Assembly (NCBI GenBank): GCA_040954595.2
Contig: CM082581.2
Span: forward strand, 8,417,413 to 8,481,412
Origin: Balanoglossus misakiensis
Taxonomy: Eukaryota; Animalia; Hemichordata
DNA length: 64,000 nucleotides
Direction of reading: 5' to 3'
The position numbers were made by a program, and so were the translations under genes. The notes under the pieces were generated by a model. It searched no databases, was not told the DNA's origin, and saw only the letters and a program-made list of their open reading frames with translations. Of this stretch, positions 1 through 11,842 are shown piece by piece. Within the stretch, counting starts at the first letter, position 1, and each line of letters opens with the position of its first letter.

Positions 1-2103
1 AACTCTGCTACATGTACCTTCATCGTTTCCTTTCAGAGTTTCTTTACTCGGCAGACTACCATTCCATTCGAGGAAATTTTCATTCAGGTCATGATTTTTC
101 ATCCCGCCGGTCCCATGCTGGTCCCTGTCAAATCCGCCAACGGAGTTTATGCTGTCACTCTCCCAATTCTCTGCACTCCTCATCAGCTCATTATGCTGAG
201 AAGTGGTCACCAGATGATCTGTCATCTCTGTACCGGTACTTCCATTCTGTTGTTCGACAAAACCACTGACAATACTTCTATCGCTCTCCCAGTGCTCTGC
301 ATTCATGATCTTCAAGTCTTGATGAGAAGCAACAACTGTATTGCTGTTTGACTTGTTGATGTTAGCATCTGGCGGGGCTTCATTAGAAGTGAATGAGACA
401 CTGTCGCAATTTCCAGCAGGGTCGTCACTCAACTCAGGCTTTGCTTCTTTGAAGACATCACTGAGAGTACCCACTGAGGAATGTCTCTTTTGGCCAAGAC
501 TGCCACTTGAACTTGTACAGGTACTCTGGTCGGACTGAATCCAATCTTTGATCTTCAGAAGGCAAGCTTTGTCAACTCTCCGTTTCTGAGCCACCTCTTT
601 ATGTCCTTTGTTAGCAGCCTTTGGTAACAGACATGTTTCTCTTCTTAGCCTTCCACCATCTCCGTCACTACCATCACTGTAACTTGGTTTGCGACGGACT
701 TGCATGCAAAACGGACTTCCTCGGATGTGCTTTCCGAACAATTTGATCTCCAACTTGTACCTGCCAAGCATCTGAGGACAAAACACCAGCTTGTATGTGC
801 CCTGTTTGTCAGGATCATCGTATAACTCCACTGGTTCTTCTCTTTTCAAGCGGTTCTCCAGGCGCACAGTGAAGTTGCTGATGAGGCCCTCGACATACTC
901 GCATCTTGCATCAATCACAACGGTTTCCCTCTGTCCAACTCTTCCGGAATACAACCCATTCCCATCGGCACGGACATTTGGAGGGAATGCCAGACTCTGT
1001 TGGATGCTACCCAGGTTCTCTCTCAGTTGGTTCAAGTCGAGTGGTGTTATGCTGGCTCTGAAGAACACGGTAGTCTCGTCCTTCAGATTACATTTGGGAG
1101 TGAGGAACTTCTCACTGGTGACATGAGTCAGTCTGGCCAATAGGGTATCTTTCATTGCTAGCAATTCAGCTTTATTGGCATATTTCAGAATGTCTTCTGC
1201 CACTTTACATGTACACTGAAGTAGATGACTGTTTTCTTGAAGTTGTTTCTCCCCCGTCTCAAGATGCTCTATTTTCTTTGCACATATGCTTTCTAACTCG
1301 CACAGCATTTCTTCTTCGTATTCCTTTATCAGGTTAACGTTGCATTCTGTCATTTCTTGGACTTCCAGCCTGGCATTTTCAAGCCGTTTTTCCAGCTCGA
1401 CTTTGGCAAGTGAGAATTCGCGGATAGTGCTCGGCAATGTCTGATTGGTCAATACCTTCAGCTTTTTTATCATGTCGCACACAACTGCTGGGAGTCTTGG
1501 CGTTGCTGTACTCAAGGGAACTGTATCATGACCAGAAAAGCCATGGGCACTTTCTTGGCAAGCCACGCAGAAGGCTTCATCACATTCGCCACAGTAAATA
1601 TCAAGCAGCTTGGTCTGATGTATTCTGCAATAGACTCCCCTTTCCTTTGAGCTCCGATACATCAAGAATTCCCCAAGCTCCATCACCATGTGGTCTTTGA
1701 ACACTGTCATGTGCGCATGTGCGGCCACACAGTTGAAGCACAGATACTTGGTGCATATGACGCAGTACTTCTTGGCTGGCAAGTCGTTATCACAACTGGT
1801 GCAAGGGATGTCTTCGGCGAGACTGTTGTGGGAGGCAGTGGGCTCCTTATGAACGCAATTCAACACATTCGCAACAAAGGCATTGTCGGTAAGACCTGGC
1901 ACACTGTGAGGTAGCACAGACTTGGTGTCACACAATGGACAAGGCACAGACAACTTCACCCGGTCAGTTTTTAAGCAGGGCAGGCATGCTGTGTGCAAAC
2001 AGGGAAGGATTTTAGGAACATTGCAAGTCTCTCCACACGAAAAACATTTTGGCAGGTAAGGATATGTTATTTCTACAGGTTTGCTGCTAATTTCGAGAGT
2101 CAT
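1..2103 (-). CDS. TRIM E3 ligase, TRIM45-like (RING, B-box1, B-box2, coiled coil, filamin repeat, low-complexity tail); 3' end outside window
   Basis: ATG at 2103; frame was open wherever translated, including the last 60 nt, and is missing from the ORF track as expected if there is no stop. RING CFSCGETCNVPKILPCLHTACLPC...CPLC; B-box1 CTSCD...CVIC..YLCFNCVAAH; B-box2 CRIH...IYCGECDEAFCVAC...H; filamin-type GTYKLVFCPQMLGRYKLEIKLFGKHIRGSPF. Acceptor near 2149 implies upstream non-coding exon(s). Confidence 0.88.
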   Translation of the reverse strand, partial: MTLEISSKPVEITYPYLPKCFSCGETCNVPKILPCLHTACLPCLKTDRVKLSVPCPLCDTKSVLPHSVPGLTDNAFVANVLNCVHKEPTASHNSLAEDIPCTSCDNDLPAKKYCVICTKYLCFNCVAAHAHMTVFKDHMVMELGEFLMYRSSKERGVYCRIHQTKLLDIYCGECDEAFCVACQESAHGFSGHDTVPLSTATPRLPAVVCDMIKKLKVLTNQTLPSTIREFSLAKVELEKRLENARLEVQEMTECNVNLIKEYEEEMLCELESICAKKIEHLETGEKQLQENSHLLQCTCKVAEDILKYANKAELLAMKDTLLARLTHVTSEKFLTPKCNLKDETTVFFRASITPLDLNQLRENLGSIQQSLAFPPNVRADGNGLYSGRVGQRETVVIDARCEYVEGLISNFTVRLENRLKREEPVELYDDPDKQGTYKLVFCPQMLGRYKLEIKLFGKHIRGSPFCMQVRRKPSYSDGSDGDGGRLRRETCLLPKAANKGHKEVAQKRRVDKACLLKIKDWIQSDQSTCTSSSGSLGQKRHSSVGTLSDVFKEAKPELSDDPAGNCDSVSFTSNEAPPDANINKSNSNTVVASHQDLKIMNAEHWESDRSIVSGFVEQQNGSTGTEMTDHLVTTSQHNELMRSAENWESDSINSVGGFDRDQHGTGGMKNHDLNENFLEWNGSLPSKETLKGNDEGTCSRV

Positions 2104-2939
2104 AGTTGTCACCCACAGTCCTTACGTGTTAACCACACAACACACTGCTAATAAAAGAAATTAAAAGAATTATGAGTATGTAAATTAAAGAATAACTATA
2201 AAATAACTATATCATTAATACACAGTAATGCACAATGTCATGTTATAGTATGAAATGTATATAATTCATTTCAACTGAGGAAATAAATTACTAGTGTAAT
2301 GATGATGATCAAACACAACCCTTGATAAACCAGTTGTTGGTCTTTAAGTCTAATTTAAATGAATATTTCCTTACTTTATGTTAATTTTACCAATCTTTAT
2401 TTACAGAATCCGACCAGCAGGCTACCCCATTCTGATTAACTATTACAACTAGTACTGGGATGGTGCATGATGTATGGTTTCAAAGAATCGTCAAATCACT
2501 TCATACATTTTCACACGGTGTGGAGTGACCGTGATGAGAAAGTAAACGCCTCCCCGGGTCTCCTCTTCTGGCCCTGTGTACGTACGTGTGCCACAATTTG
2601 GGGATACGCATGTATTACTGTACGACTTCCGGCAAACTTCACGGTCATGCAATGATGCACAGTATGCAAAATTATGTAAGTGCAGATTGAAGCATAGACT
2701 CTAGGGTCTATGATTGAAGTGAGCAACAACTTGAGCAACATCACTTTTCACCTCTCAAAGCGGTTCGATTCTTACCCATACACTCGTGTTTTTCTGAAAT
2801 ATCCTTTCAACTGACCGTGATACATAACGTGCACTGATATTAGGAACGAAATAAGAGGAGAAAACAGCAAAAAATACCTTTTTTTAGTCTTTCGTATTAC
2901 ATCCAATATTCCTAGGGCAACCCAGTGGGCTGGTCTATT

Positions 2940-2990
2940 CCACACAGACAGTCACGTGGTACAGCTACGCCAATCACAAAAGTTTACATC
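2940..2990. promoter_or_regulatory. Putative bidirectional promoter (TRIM gene / small + strand gene)
   Basis: E-box GTCACGTGG at 2951-2959 and CCAAT at 2970-2974 between divergent transcription units. Confidence 0.45.
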
Positions 2991-3032
2991 AGGTGAAAGG
3001 TCAACTGAGCCATCGTCTGCTTTTTTTGGAAG

Positions 3033-3918
3033 ATTGGTGCCAGTGCAGCGTCGGAAATCACAAGAACCTCTGTCAAAAAAATCGTTTTTGGTGGTATGTA
3101 TCAAGAAGCTTTATGGTTCTATGGTTCTCGTATAATATCAGATGTGACGCCACAAAAAAAAAAGTCAGTGTAGTGCAGCGCCCGCAGCTTTGTATACGTA
3201 CTGCAATGTACATGTACTGCAATGTACGCAAAGATTCCTAGTTTTAACGCATTTTACATTTTTCTTATATAGGAGATCAGATATGCAAGAAGAAAGTTTT
3301 GGAAGGGAGGATACTCACAGACAGGTATTGTGCACTGAACATTTGTATCAGCAATAAAAAACAACATTTTTTGGACTTCATGTGTCACTCAATAGTTCAT
3401 ATCATTGACACACTCTCATAAAACTGCTTTCAATTACTAACAGAGTGTAACTCCCAGCTTACACAGCTACAGAGGATCAAATGTTGATTTTGATCACCAC
3501 AAGGAGAAGAGTAACCTTGATGTGCTCCAGAAAGAGCTGACAGAGATGAAAGAATCTATAGCCCAAGCAAGTGGTAAGTGTCACGGTGACAGAATGGCAG
3601 TGGTGGAGTAGTGAACTTCAGAATAAGAAAGGGGTTTATTGCACTGGGTAGGAAACTGAACAAAATCATGATTTATATCTCAATTATAGTGCACATTCTG
3701 GAAAAGTAGCTAGTCGATAAGACAAATGATGTAAGACAGCTGGTAATATAAGCTAATCAAAGCTTTATTTTTCATTGGAATTTTCAGTGAAGTGCCATTT
3801 ACTGCACGTGGATCTGGCGACTCAGTTCAGTCCATTTCTGGTAGAAACCATAAACAACACTGTGGAAGAGTGTGAAAAATGCTGGTCAGCCCTAGAGAAC
3901 ACTGGTACAGAACAGTAG
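3033..3918 (+). CDS. Small 4-exon gene (~119 aa, coiled-coil-like), weakly APC16-like; no in-frame ATG, candidate ATT start
   Basis: Exons 3033-3093, 3273-3324, 3458-3573, 3788-3918 with GT-AG introns and consistent phases give (M)GASAASEITRTSVKKIVFGGDQICKKKVLEGRILTDSLHSYRGSNVDFDHHKEKSNLDVLQKELTEMKESIAQASVKCHLLHVDLATQFSPFLVETINNTVEECEKCWSALENTGTEQ*. ATTAAA poly(A) signal near 3949. Confidence 0.6.
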
Positions 3919-4030
3919 CAGACATCATCAGCTGATTTTCAACTGACCATTAAAATATTGTACCATGGAATTTCGTTATACAAAGATTTTTATTCACTTC
4001 TTATTGAAAAGAAAAGTCAAGAATATACAG

Positions 4031-4130
4031 ACTACAAGAATGTAGTAAACATTTCACAAAACCCATACATGAAGCTCAAGACATTACTACAAGAATGAAG
4101 TACATTAAACTCTTCACAAAACCCATACGT
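4031..4130. repeat. Imperfect direct duplication (~40-45 bp x2)
   Basis: ACTACAAGAATG...TTCACAAAACCCATAC at 4031-4070 and 4086-4130. Confidence 0.7.
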
Positions 4131-5289
4131 ATACGTGTCTTAAAATATATTGCATTTCTGTATTTAAAGTTGATTTTGTCTTATACTAGATTCTGTAAAT
4201 AAATTATTGTGTACTTCACCAATGATCATTTCTCCATTTGCTTGAAGGGTTTAAATATTTCAGTCAAAAATGAAATAACCCTCTATACTTATTAAAAAAT
4301 AGAGAGTTCTTCACAAATATGTTGATGTTTGGACCAGATATATACAGTTACATTGGCAGTTCAAAGTAGTGTAATTGTTTGTAGAAATTAAAGCTTTTTT
4401 TAATTTCCATCTTGGAATGCCCTTTGTCATAATATGTTTGTTTTTTATCAAGGATTCCACAGTCAATTGTCCATCACTATTACCATAAAACAGTTGTGGG
4501 CAAATTCGATAACCATACCCTGGGACTCAATACCTGCACTAGTGCCTCTGATATTTCCAGATTTTATGCAATCGGTCAGTACCCACGGTCTCTAAATAGA
4601 AGGACATGATTATAAGTTAAGTATGTCTAATCTGCATACAGAATCCTCATTTTCAGCATCTACAAAGTTGTAGAAGGACACTCAATATATTTCAGCTCTG
4701 CAATATGCAGATCATAAGTAATCAACTTCAAGTGTACACAGTCTCCACTGTAGTTGATCAATGCCAAGCTTACGCTGCTGATGAATGTTTGCACCAGCAC
4801 AGAAGTACTGATATTTAAATTTACTCATGATAATTGGACTTCACATACACAGTTTTGTCTAATAACTGCCCAATAGTAAACACTTTCTTGGCCATCATTT
4901 CGCTCTGTTATATCTGCGGAGAATCATATTAGAATAGATGTTCTACAAGCGGCCAATAGTATTTTACAAAGCACCTCACTGAATGGCATGCTTCATTTCA
5001 TTTTAACAGTGTGTGAAATCAGTCCTGACATGCTGTAATACATGTTGAAAATACAATAAAACAAAACCTACAAAAAGAAACACTATAACTGGTTCTTTAG
5101 ATAACCTGTACTATTTCCACGAAAGATTTTGTTCCCAGCTCAATCAGAACAATACTTCTATCATTACTTTGTGACTTTTGGAAGACAACTCTGTCATATT
5201 TACAGACAGTCCATATTGTAAATATTCGTTGGATCAATTTGGCGCAGAATCTTGGTCTTTTTTTGGACGTTTGGTCTTTGGTTTCATCT

Positions 5290-8200
5290 TCAATCAACAC
5301 TGCTAGAGGTGTTCCTTTTCCTAGGAATATGCGGCGGCTTGAAGTCTCTGTAGAGTTCATTGTAACTTTCACTCTCAGTTAACTCCTCTGCACTTGGCCT
5401 TTCGTGTGGAGTGGGTGAAAGAAGCCACTCAGCAAATCTGGCCTGCAGGCACAACAAAAAAGAGATCAATAAGAAATGTGGCTATTTATGAAATTCATCG
5501 ATCGCTGAAGAATAAATTTACAGAGACTGAACATCCACACACAAATACATGTACATGTGGATAAAATTTATATACCTGTGCAGGATTGTCCTTCACAAAG
5601 TCTGACGGGAAGGTCTGTCTTTTGGCACCCATCATAACCTGTGTATAAATAAAGAAGGAAAGATGTTTATGTCACAAATTGAGATTTCAACCCAACAGGG
5701 GGCTTAGCTGCGTGTTTGAAGAGAACTTCTGAGAGAATAATGTGTGGGAAGTATACTGATAACACACAAGTGCATGAAGAAAAAGCTGAATGAACAGACC
5801 ACCTGCACAAAGCAGTGTTGCCTTGCGTTTCAAACTCACCTGTATTCTTTCGGACTGAGTTGAAAATGGATGCATCATTTCAAAAAAGATCAGTCCCAGG
5901 GTGAAGATGTCTACTTTGTGTCCGTACCGCTTCCCTGCGATCTGAAGGAAGAAGATGTAGAAGGAAGTGTAATAAGAATAAGCACCCTTTATGAAAATAC
6001 ATAACCCCATAAGGGATGTGTAACATGCATTATTCAATTTGTCTTCATTCGGTTAATTTTCTGCAAACAAATACATAGAAATCCAACTCATGACCCAAGC
6101 ATGCATACCTGTTCAGGGCTCATGTACAGCTGTGTTCCAACTTGGTCTGTGTGCTTTCTTTCTGGTGCTTGTTCCACTGCTTGTCCAGTGGCTGGCTGGG
6201 CGTCGATGGCCGTCACCAGACCAAAGTCTCCAATTTTCACCAATCCATCCATGGAAAAGAAGATATTGGAAGGCTGGCAAAAAAAATCAATAGAAATGTT
6301 GCAAATAATCTGCTAATGAAGAATAGCCACAATTTCTTTTCACATTAAAAAAAACTAGGTAAAACAGATTTCACAATATGTGTAACGAAACAGATACCAC
6401 ATGATGCTGGTGGTTTAGGTGGAAAAAATAGTTCTGTATCATTGAAAAGAACCTACCTTTAAATCCCTGTGAATCATCCCCTGATCATGGACATAGTGTA
6501 CAGCACTGACAATCTGCTGAAAGATATGCAGAATCTGCTGGCTGGGCCTGTCCACCGTGTGCTCCAACAACCAGTCTTTCAAGGTCTCTCTCTTGCACAG
6601 TTGCATCTGTATGTAAAGGTAGGCCCTCTGAATTGGCTGCGTGTAGCTCGCGTCTGCCTCCGAGCTCTGTTTGTTTTGAGGAGTCCTGTCTCCGTTTGAG
6701 CTTTGACCTCCCGGCCTTTGTACGACGACGCCCGCCAGCGAGCTACTGTTTGTGCTGTCCTGTTTGCTGGTCGGATTCGAGTCGCTGCTCAGTTTGTCGC
6801 CGCAGCCGGAGTCTTCAAACACAACGCTGTAAGAGTCATTTCTCTGCGGATTCGAATAGTGCCCGAATGGAACATCACCGATGGTTTCCTCGCTTGAGCT
6901 CTTGCTGGGCTCCCGGAAGTCGATTCCGAAAGACCCCTCGGAGGCTTCGACGTCAGCGTGCCTGTTGTCGTCGCCGTGGAAATCAACGCTCCACGAGCCG
7001 CTCTCGTCTTCGCTGGTGGTTGGCACAAATCCACTGCTCTGACCAGCGATCCCTGTGTACTCCACCGTCTCGCTATCTCCACCACCGAAAGGCTTAGACT
7101 GCTCGTCACTATCCTTACTCCCAAGGGACGCAGTATTCAATTTAAGATTTGGTTGTTCCCGAACAGGCGGTGCATCCTTAACACCGGTATACTCGGTGTA
7201 CGTGTTGAATGGGGTTGTTGTCTCACTGTAATCAAGATGACAGTCAGTTAGAATTAAGCTGCAGTTTTGAACAATGATATCATGGCAACTGGCACGACTT
7301 TACAAATCTTTCTGTTAGCTGGGGAGCCAAATTCAAACAAAACCCACCTGTCTCCAAGGAGTTTATCTTGTTCATCTTGCCAGCCCACCGGTGGAGTTTC
7401 CAACCATGTAGCGTAATATCTCACAATATTGTTGTGTTCCAACTTGGCCAAGGCTTTTACTTCCCGCAGCACTTTCCCTCTGGCTTTCTCTCTGAAAGTG
7501 TACAATATAAAAAAATAATTCAGAACACAGACAAACAGAATTTTCCATATGCAATTGTGAGAAGGCACACCGAAGCTTGCACACCATTAACATACTTCCG
7601 CAGTAACAGTGACTGCAGCATTACCTGTTTGGTAGAGTGATTCTCTTCACAGCATACTCGCTGTCATCCAACTTGTTCTTGGCCTGGAACACTATGCCAA
7701 AACCACCTCTGCCCAGACACAACTGCTGTTCGAAGTCATCAAGGTATCTGTAGAGATCCAATGGTGAAATAATTAAATGATGCAAAAACAAACTTATTAC
7801 ATACATGTACAAATATTATTTTGCAAACATACTAAGTCTACCTATTGAAATTGGGTTTATATATTTTTCAGGGTATATGGATATCGCCCCTTCACTACAT
7901 CATGTTGCTTGCAATGTTACCAATATTTAGTGAAAAACATGTTTGCAGAACAAACCTGGACTTATAGTCTGTAGGATCACTAGATGCACTGGCAGGCTGC
8001 TTGTCAGCTTCCTGCTGCTGTGGTGATGATGACGAGGGTGGTGGTGGTGGTATTGCTTCTCTGGTATTGCTGTCTTCGTCCGTGATAGGACGCTTGAATT
8101 TGTTTGCCATGATGTCAATTGTTATCGACAGCAAGATGGAAACCTGCAGAATCTCCTTCCTGCAGTTGCAGAGAAGAACAAAGTGAAATAAGTGCCAGTG

Positions 8201-11200
8201 TTAATTTACACGCACTTTGCAGGATAAGGTAAGTTACGACAGACAATGTTGGCAGTCTGAGGGACACTGTTGAAAAAACATGAATGCCATCTTTCAACTA
8301 TGTTTAACCCTTTACCCCCATTTCTCACCCAAGCATTATGAAATAAACTTACCACCATTCTGATATTGATATAGCAATCCAAAAATTCAATTGGCTTTCA
8401 TCGTCGTCACCGATAGATTCATTCCCTTCCATGTTCCGTTTATGTCTTGTGCGATGCGAATCCTTGACAAGTTTAACTGGTGTCTGATCAGTAAATAAGT
8501 AATAACCACTATCTGTCGTCAAAAGAAATACAAAAAGGTCAATTTTTGAAGAAAAAAGGATGAATCTACAAACATAAAAGATATGTTTCCTTAGTGTGAT
8601 CTATTCTATATGTAATCTATAACGCAGAATGAACCCACAATGTGATAGTATATGGAATCGCCCACTGGAGATATGTAGACTGACTTGGAAACAAAACACT
8701 CACCAAAGGGATACTGGTTGAGATTTGTTTTCATTTTGGGGTCTTTCTCGCAAACCTCTTCGTTACCGGTAACATGAGTGATCATAGCTGGGGTTCGAGA
8801 GGGGGCTGTTGCTAAATATGGCCGCCAGGACACTCTGGGTCCAGCGATGAGTTTCTGTCCACTTTCGTTCTCATCCAAAGCAGTAGAGGCAGCTTTTCGT
8901 ACTTTCTCACTCATAGGTATAGATTCTTGGATGTACATCTGTTTATGGTACATGCCTAGAGAAAGAATTTCTGAGTCAGTTCTACAGTTTTTCATAGCGT
9001 AGAGAAATTTTATGGTTAAATACATATAACCATCACTTTCGAATGTCAAATGTGAACTGATGTCTTACCCATGTAAAGCATCGGATTCATGCTGTCTACG
9101 AGGTCAACATTCATATGTGCCTGGTCACTCATGGATAGAGCTGGTACGTTGTTCGCTTCAAACAAATCCAAAGGATCCACTTCGCCGTCTTTCAGTGTCC
9201 AGGCCGATGCAATGGAGCTCGGAAGCTGAGTGTACAAATCACAACAAAAGTCAGTCGTTGGACATAAGACTAGATTTCAGAAAGAAAAAAAAATTACTAG
9301 ATGACCTGGCCCTAACAAGAAACCAAGTTTGAGACTAACCTTCTGTTGCCAAAGCACCTTGTGAGGATTCTGTCTGCTCAAAGCTATTATAATCCCATCC
9401 GACACGACAAATTTCAAGTTCGGATCCACCCGATAATCCTCTTCGTCACCAAAGAAGACGTCATAGTCATCATAGTCGGTGATGTAGCATTCCTCATCAT
9501 CCTCCTCACAAGTTTCGGGGGGTTTGCTGTTGGTGTTGTCATGGAGCTGTTTCAGATATTTCACATCATGATGGCCAACACTGAAGTTCCATCTGTGAGT
9601 ATGGAAAAATAATATAATATAATAGAACTGCTACTTCCATGACTGAATGAATTAATTCACAACGAAAACTGTAAGATGTACCACCACCCGATACCAGTTC
9701 AACAGCACAAAGTCACTGAACAATTTTGGGAAATCATTCAAATCTTACGTACTTTTCTCCCCCTGTCCGTGGTTCCACAGCTCTGATCGTCTGGTGATCT
9801 CTAATTAACATAATGATGTCTTCATTCTCTGCCTCTTCTCCAAATGTGACACATCCGTTAGTAGAACACATGTATCGTAGCTGAAAGAAAGAATTCCAAG
9901 GGTTAGAGAGACAAACCCAGTTCACCCCAGTTCCCTTTTAGAAGTCCAACCTTACCATAGAAAACAATGGGTTTGGACTGAACCATGGTAGTGAATGGGG
10001 TTCAGATTGTTGTAATATATTACAAGTACTCACCTGTCCAGTCCGTGCACTTATACCATAAGACTGGGTTTCCTTGCCGCCAACAAACATGTAATCATCA
10101 CCCAGTTTGAATGAAGACTTGAGCAATGACTCTGCAGTGAATGGTAGGGCCTCCACGCCGCCTCCATCCCAGCTGTACAGTCCACCATTCAGTGATGGAA
10201 CCAGCCTGATCTGTTTACCCTTTTCATTCATCATCTGAATTCAAATCACACGCAAAACTTAATGACATTTACCATTGCAGGCAACATCTGAACCTTTCAC
10301 AAATTAACTGGGTGGATATCTTATTACAATAATAAAATGATATCTAAAATGTCCATGTGTACTGTTAAAAATATCGAAAACCAAATACTGACACCTTAAA
10401 TAAACAAGCCATCTTGCAGATGTATTCTGAGTACTGACACTGTTACTACATACCATTAGTTTATCAATGCTTGATGACAGCAATGGTCCAGTGCCAGCAT
10501 CCAGACTCCATAGCACCTCGCCGTCATGGTTCAAATCCAAAGCTGAGATCTTTCCATCCAATGTGCTCACCAACACAAAGTCCCTGAAAGTGTTTATAAA
10601 AAGTCACTGTTCTTTATGAGAAAATCCACAAAATCAGATGCAAACTGCCTCACAGTTTTAGTTTTTGTGACACCATGTCATGTAATACTAATAGCCCCTA
10701 GACAATGACGGACTGAGGCTGTAGACTTTGAGTCTAGTGCCACATTCATGATTTCTTCGTGGAAAATGGTCCCACCCATCCCCCCCCCCCCCATCCCAAA
10801 CAGTCACACAACTGGACATGTAGTATGTCACGTACAATTTACAATGCGTGACGGCAGTGTAAAATGGGAGTACAGAAACACAACTCTCTTGTAAACAGTA
10901 GACACTAGACTCACTCTTTTGTCTAAATATTACATGTATCATGGATTAGAATAGAGACATCTGATCATGATCTTCATGTATGTATGCACTGACGCTTGTA
11001 GTAATGTACATGTTACCGCATTCACAACTTGCACGTACACGGTACATGTGTTTGTTTATTTCATCTGCACGCAGCTTCCCGTACCGTTCAACATGTATTA
11101 TGGCCCAACGAGATGAAATAACATCGGCAATTTACGAAACACTGTTCTTACCTTTTATGGAGGTTGTCATACTTGTGAGAAAATTGAGCATCGTCGCAAT

Positions 11201-11393
11201 CTGGCTCGATGTTTTGGATAGTATCGCCATTATACGCGGCGCCGTCATCATCAGCGATGTTGTTGTCGTCGATGTTGACACTGCTTCCCTCGGCTGCCGC
11301 GCATTCCGAGGGCCCCGTCAGTGCTAGAACGGCAATGGAAGTGAAAAACGAGCACCATTTCAGAGCCCATGCCCTCTTCTTTCGTCTCCCCAT
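5290..11393 (-). CDS. EIF2AK3: eIF2-alpha kinase 3 (PERK), about 16 exons
   Basis: Signal peptide after MGRRKKRAW; luminal motifs [48 protein letters not shown]; TM after WWKE; kinase [26 protein letters not shown], long insert, [40 protein letters not shown]; last exon 5442-5290 ends ...RNTSSSVD*. Confidence 0.97.
9913..10004 (+). mobile_element. ~90 bp MITE-like repeat (PERK intron)
   Basis: Core GTCCAAC.TTACCATAGAAAACAATGGGTTTGGA...CCATGGT.GTGAA.GGG shared with copies at 17401, 47425, 48791. Confidence 0.75.
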
Positions 11394-11422
11394 CTTCTTA
11401 CGATCCAACCGAGGGACAAGTT

Positions 11423-11440
11423 CTAGAAAGTCCGACCCAT
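11423..11440 (-). other. Upstream ORF (MGRTF*) in the PERK 5' leader
   Basis: caaaATGGGTCGGACTTTCTAG in strong Kozak context, ending about 30 nt before the PERK ATG at 11393; real only if the TSS lies beyond 11440. Confidence 0.5.
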
Positions 11441-11459
11441 TTTGAGGACCGATTGTTAT

Positions 11460-11842
11460 GGTAGTCCCCAATCGTTGATAACTTCCGGTTTTGTGGCGAC
11501 GAAGTCGGTGAGGTCACCTGACGTCGCTCACAGCTCCTGATTGGTTTAGGCGATATGGCCATATAACTAAGGACACGTAAATTTCATGATGTCATGATTT
11601 GTATTCAAAGTTCTATTTTGCTGACCTGGAAATGCTAAGTCAAACGTGGGGTGATCGTGGCTAAATATAGCACGACTATCGACCACTGCATGCCTAAGAT
11701 ATGAAAGATAAAGACAATATCGCCAAAGATTTAGTTGACTGTTGGCAAATGACGTCATAGTGTACCAGCTGACTCCAGAGAGGACTTCCGGTATCCCATT
11801 CTGACGAGCGATCAGTGCTCAAACCCGTCCAATAAACCGATA
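11460..11842. promoter_or_regulatory. Bidirectional promoter PERK / TMEM129
   Basis: 450 bp between divergent ATGs; ETS ACTTCCGG at 11481 and 11784, TGACGTCG 11519, inverted CCAAT 11540, palindromic CRE ATGACGTCAT 11749-11758, CCAAT 11829. Confidence 0.65.

Noticed and set aside
12-1914. Many + strand ORFs
   Set aside because: Antisense shadows of the TRIM coding exon.
5097-5372. ORF-track 91-aa ORF as the PERK C-terminus
   Set aside because: Wrong frame; the spliced kinase frame ([21 protein letters not shown]) stops at 5292-5290.
11148-11471. N-terminal extension of PERK from TTG at 11471
   Set aside because: The ATG at 11393 directly precedes a signal peptide; the extension comes from allowing alternative start codons.
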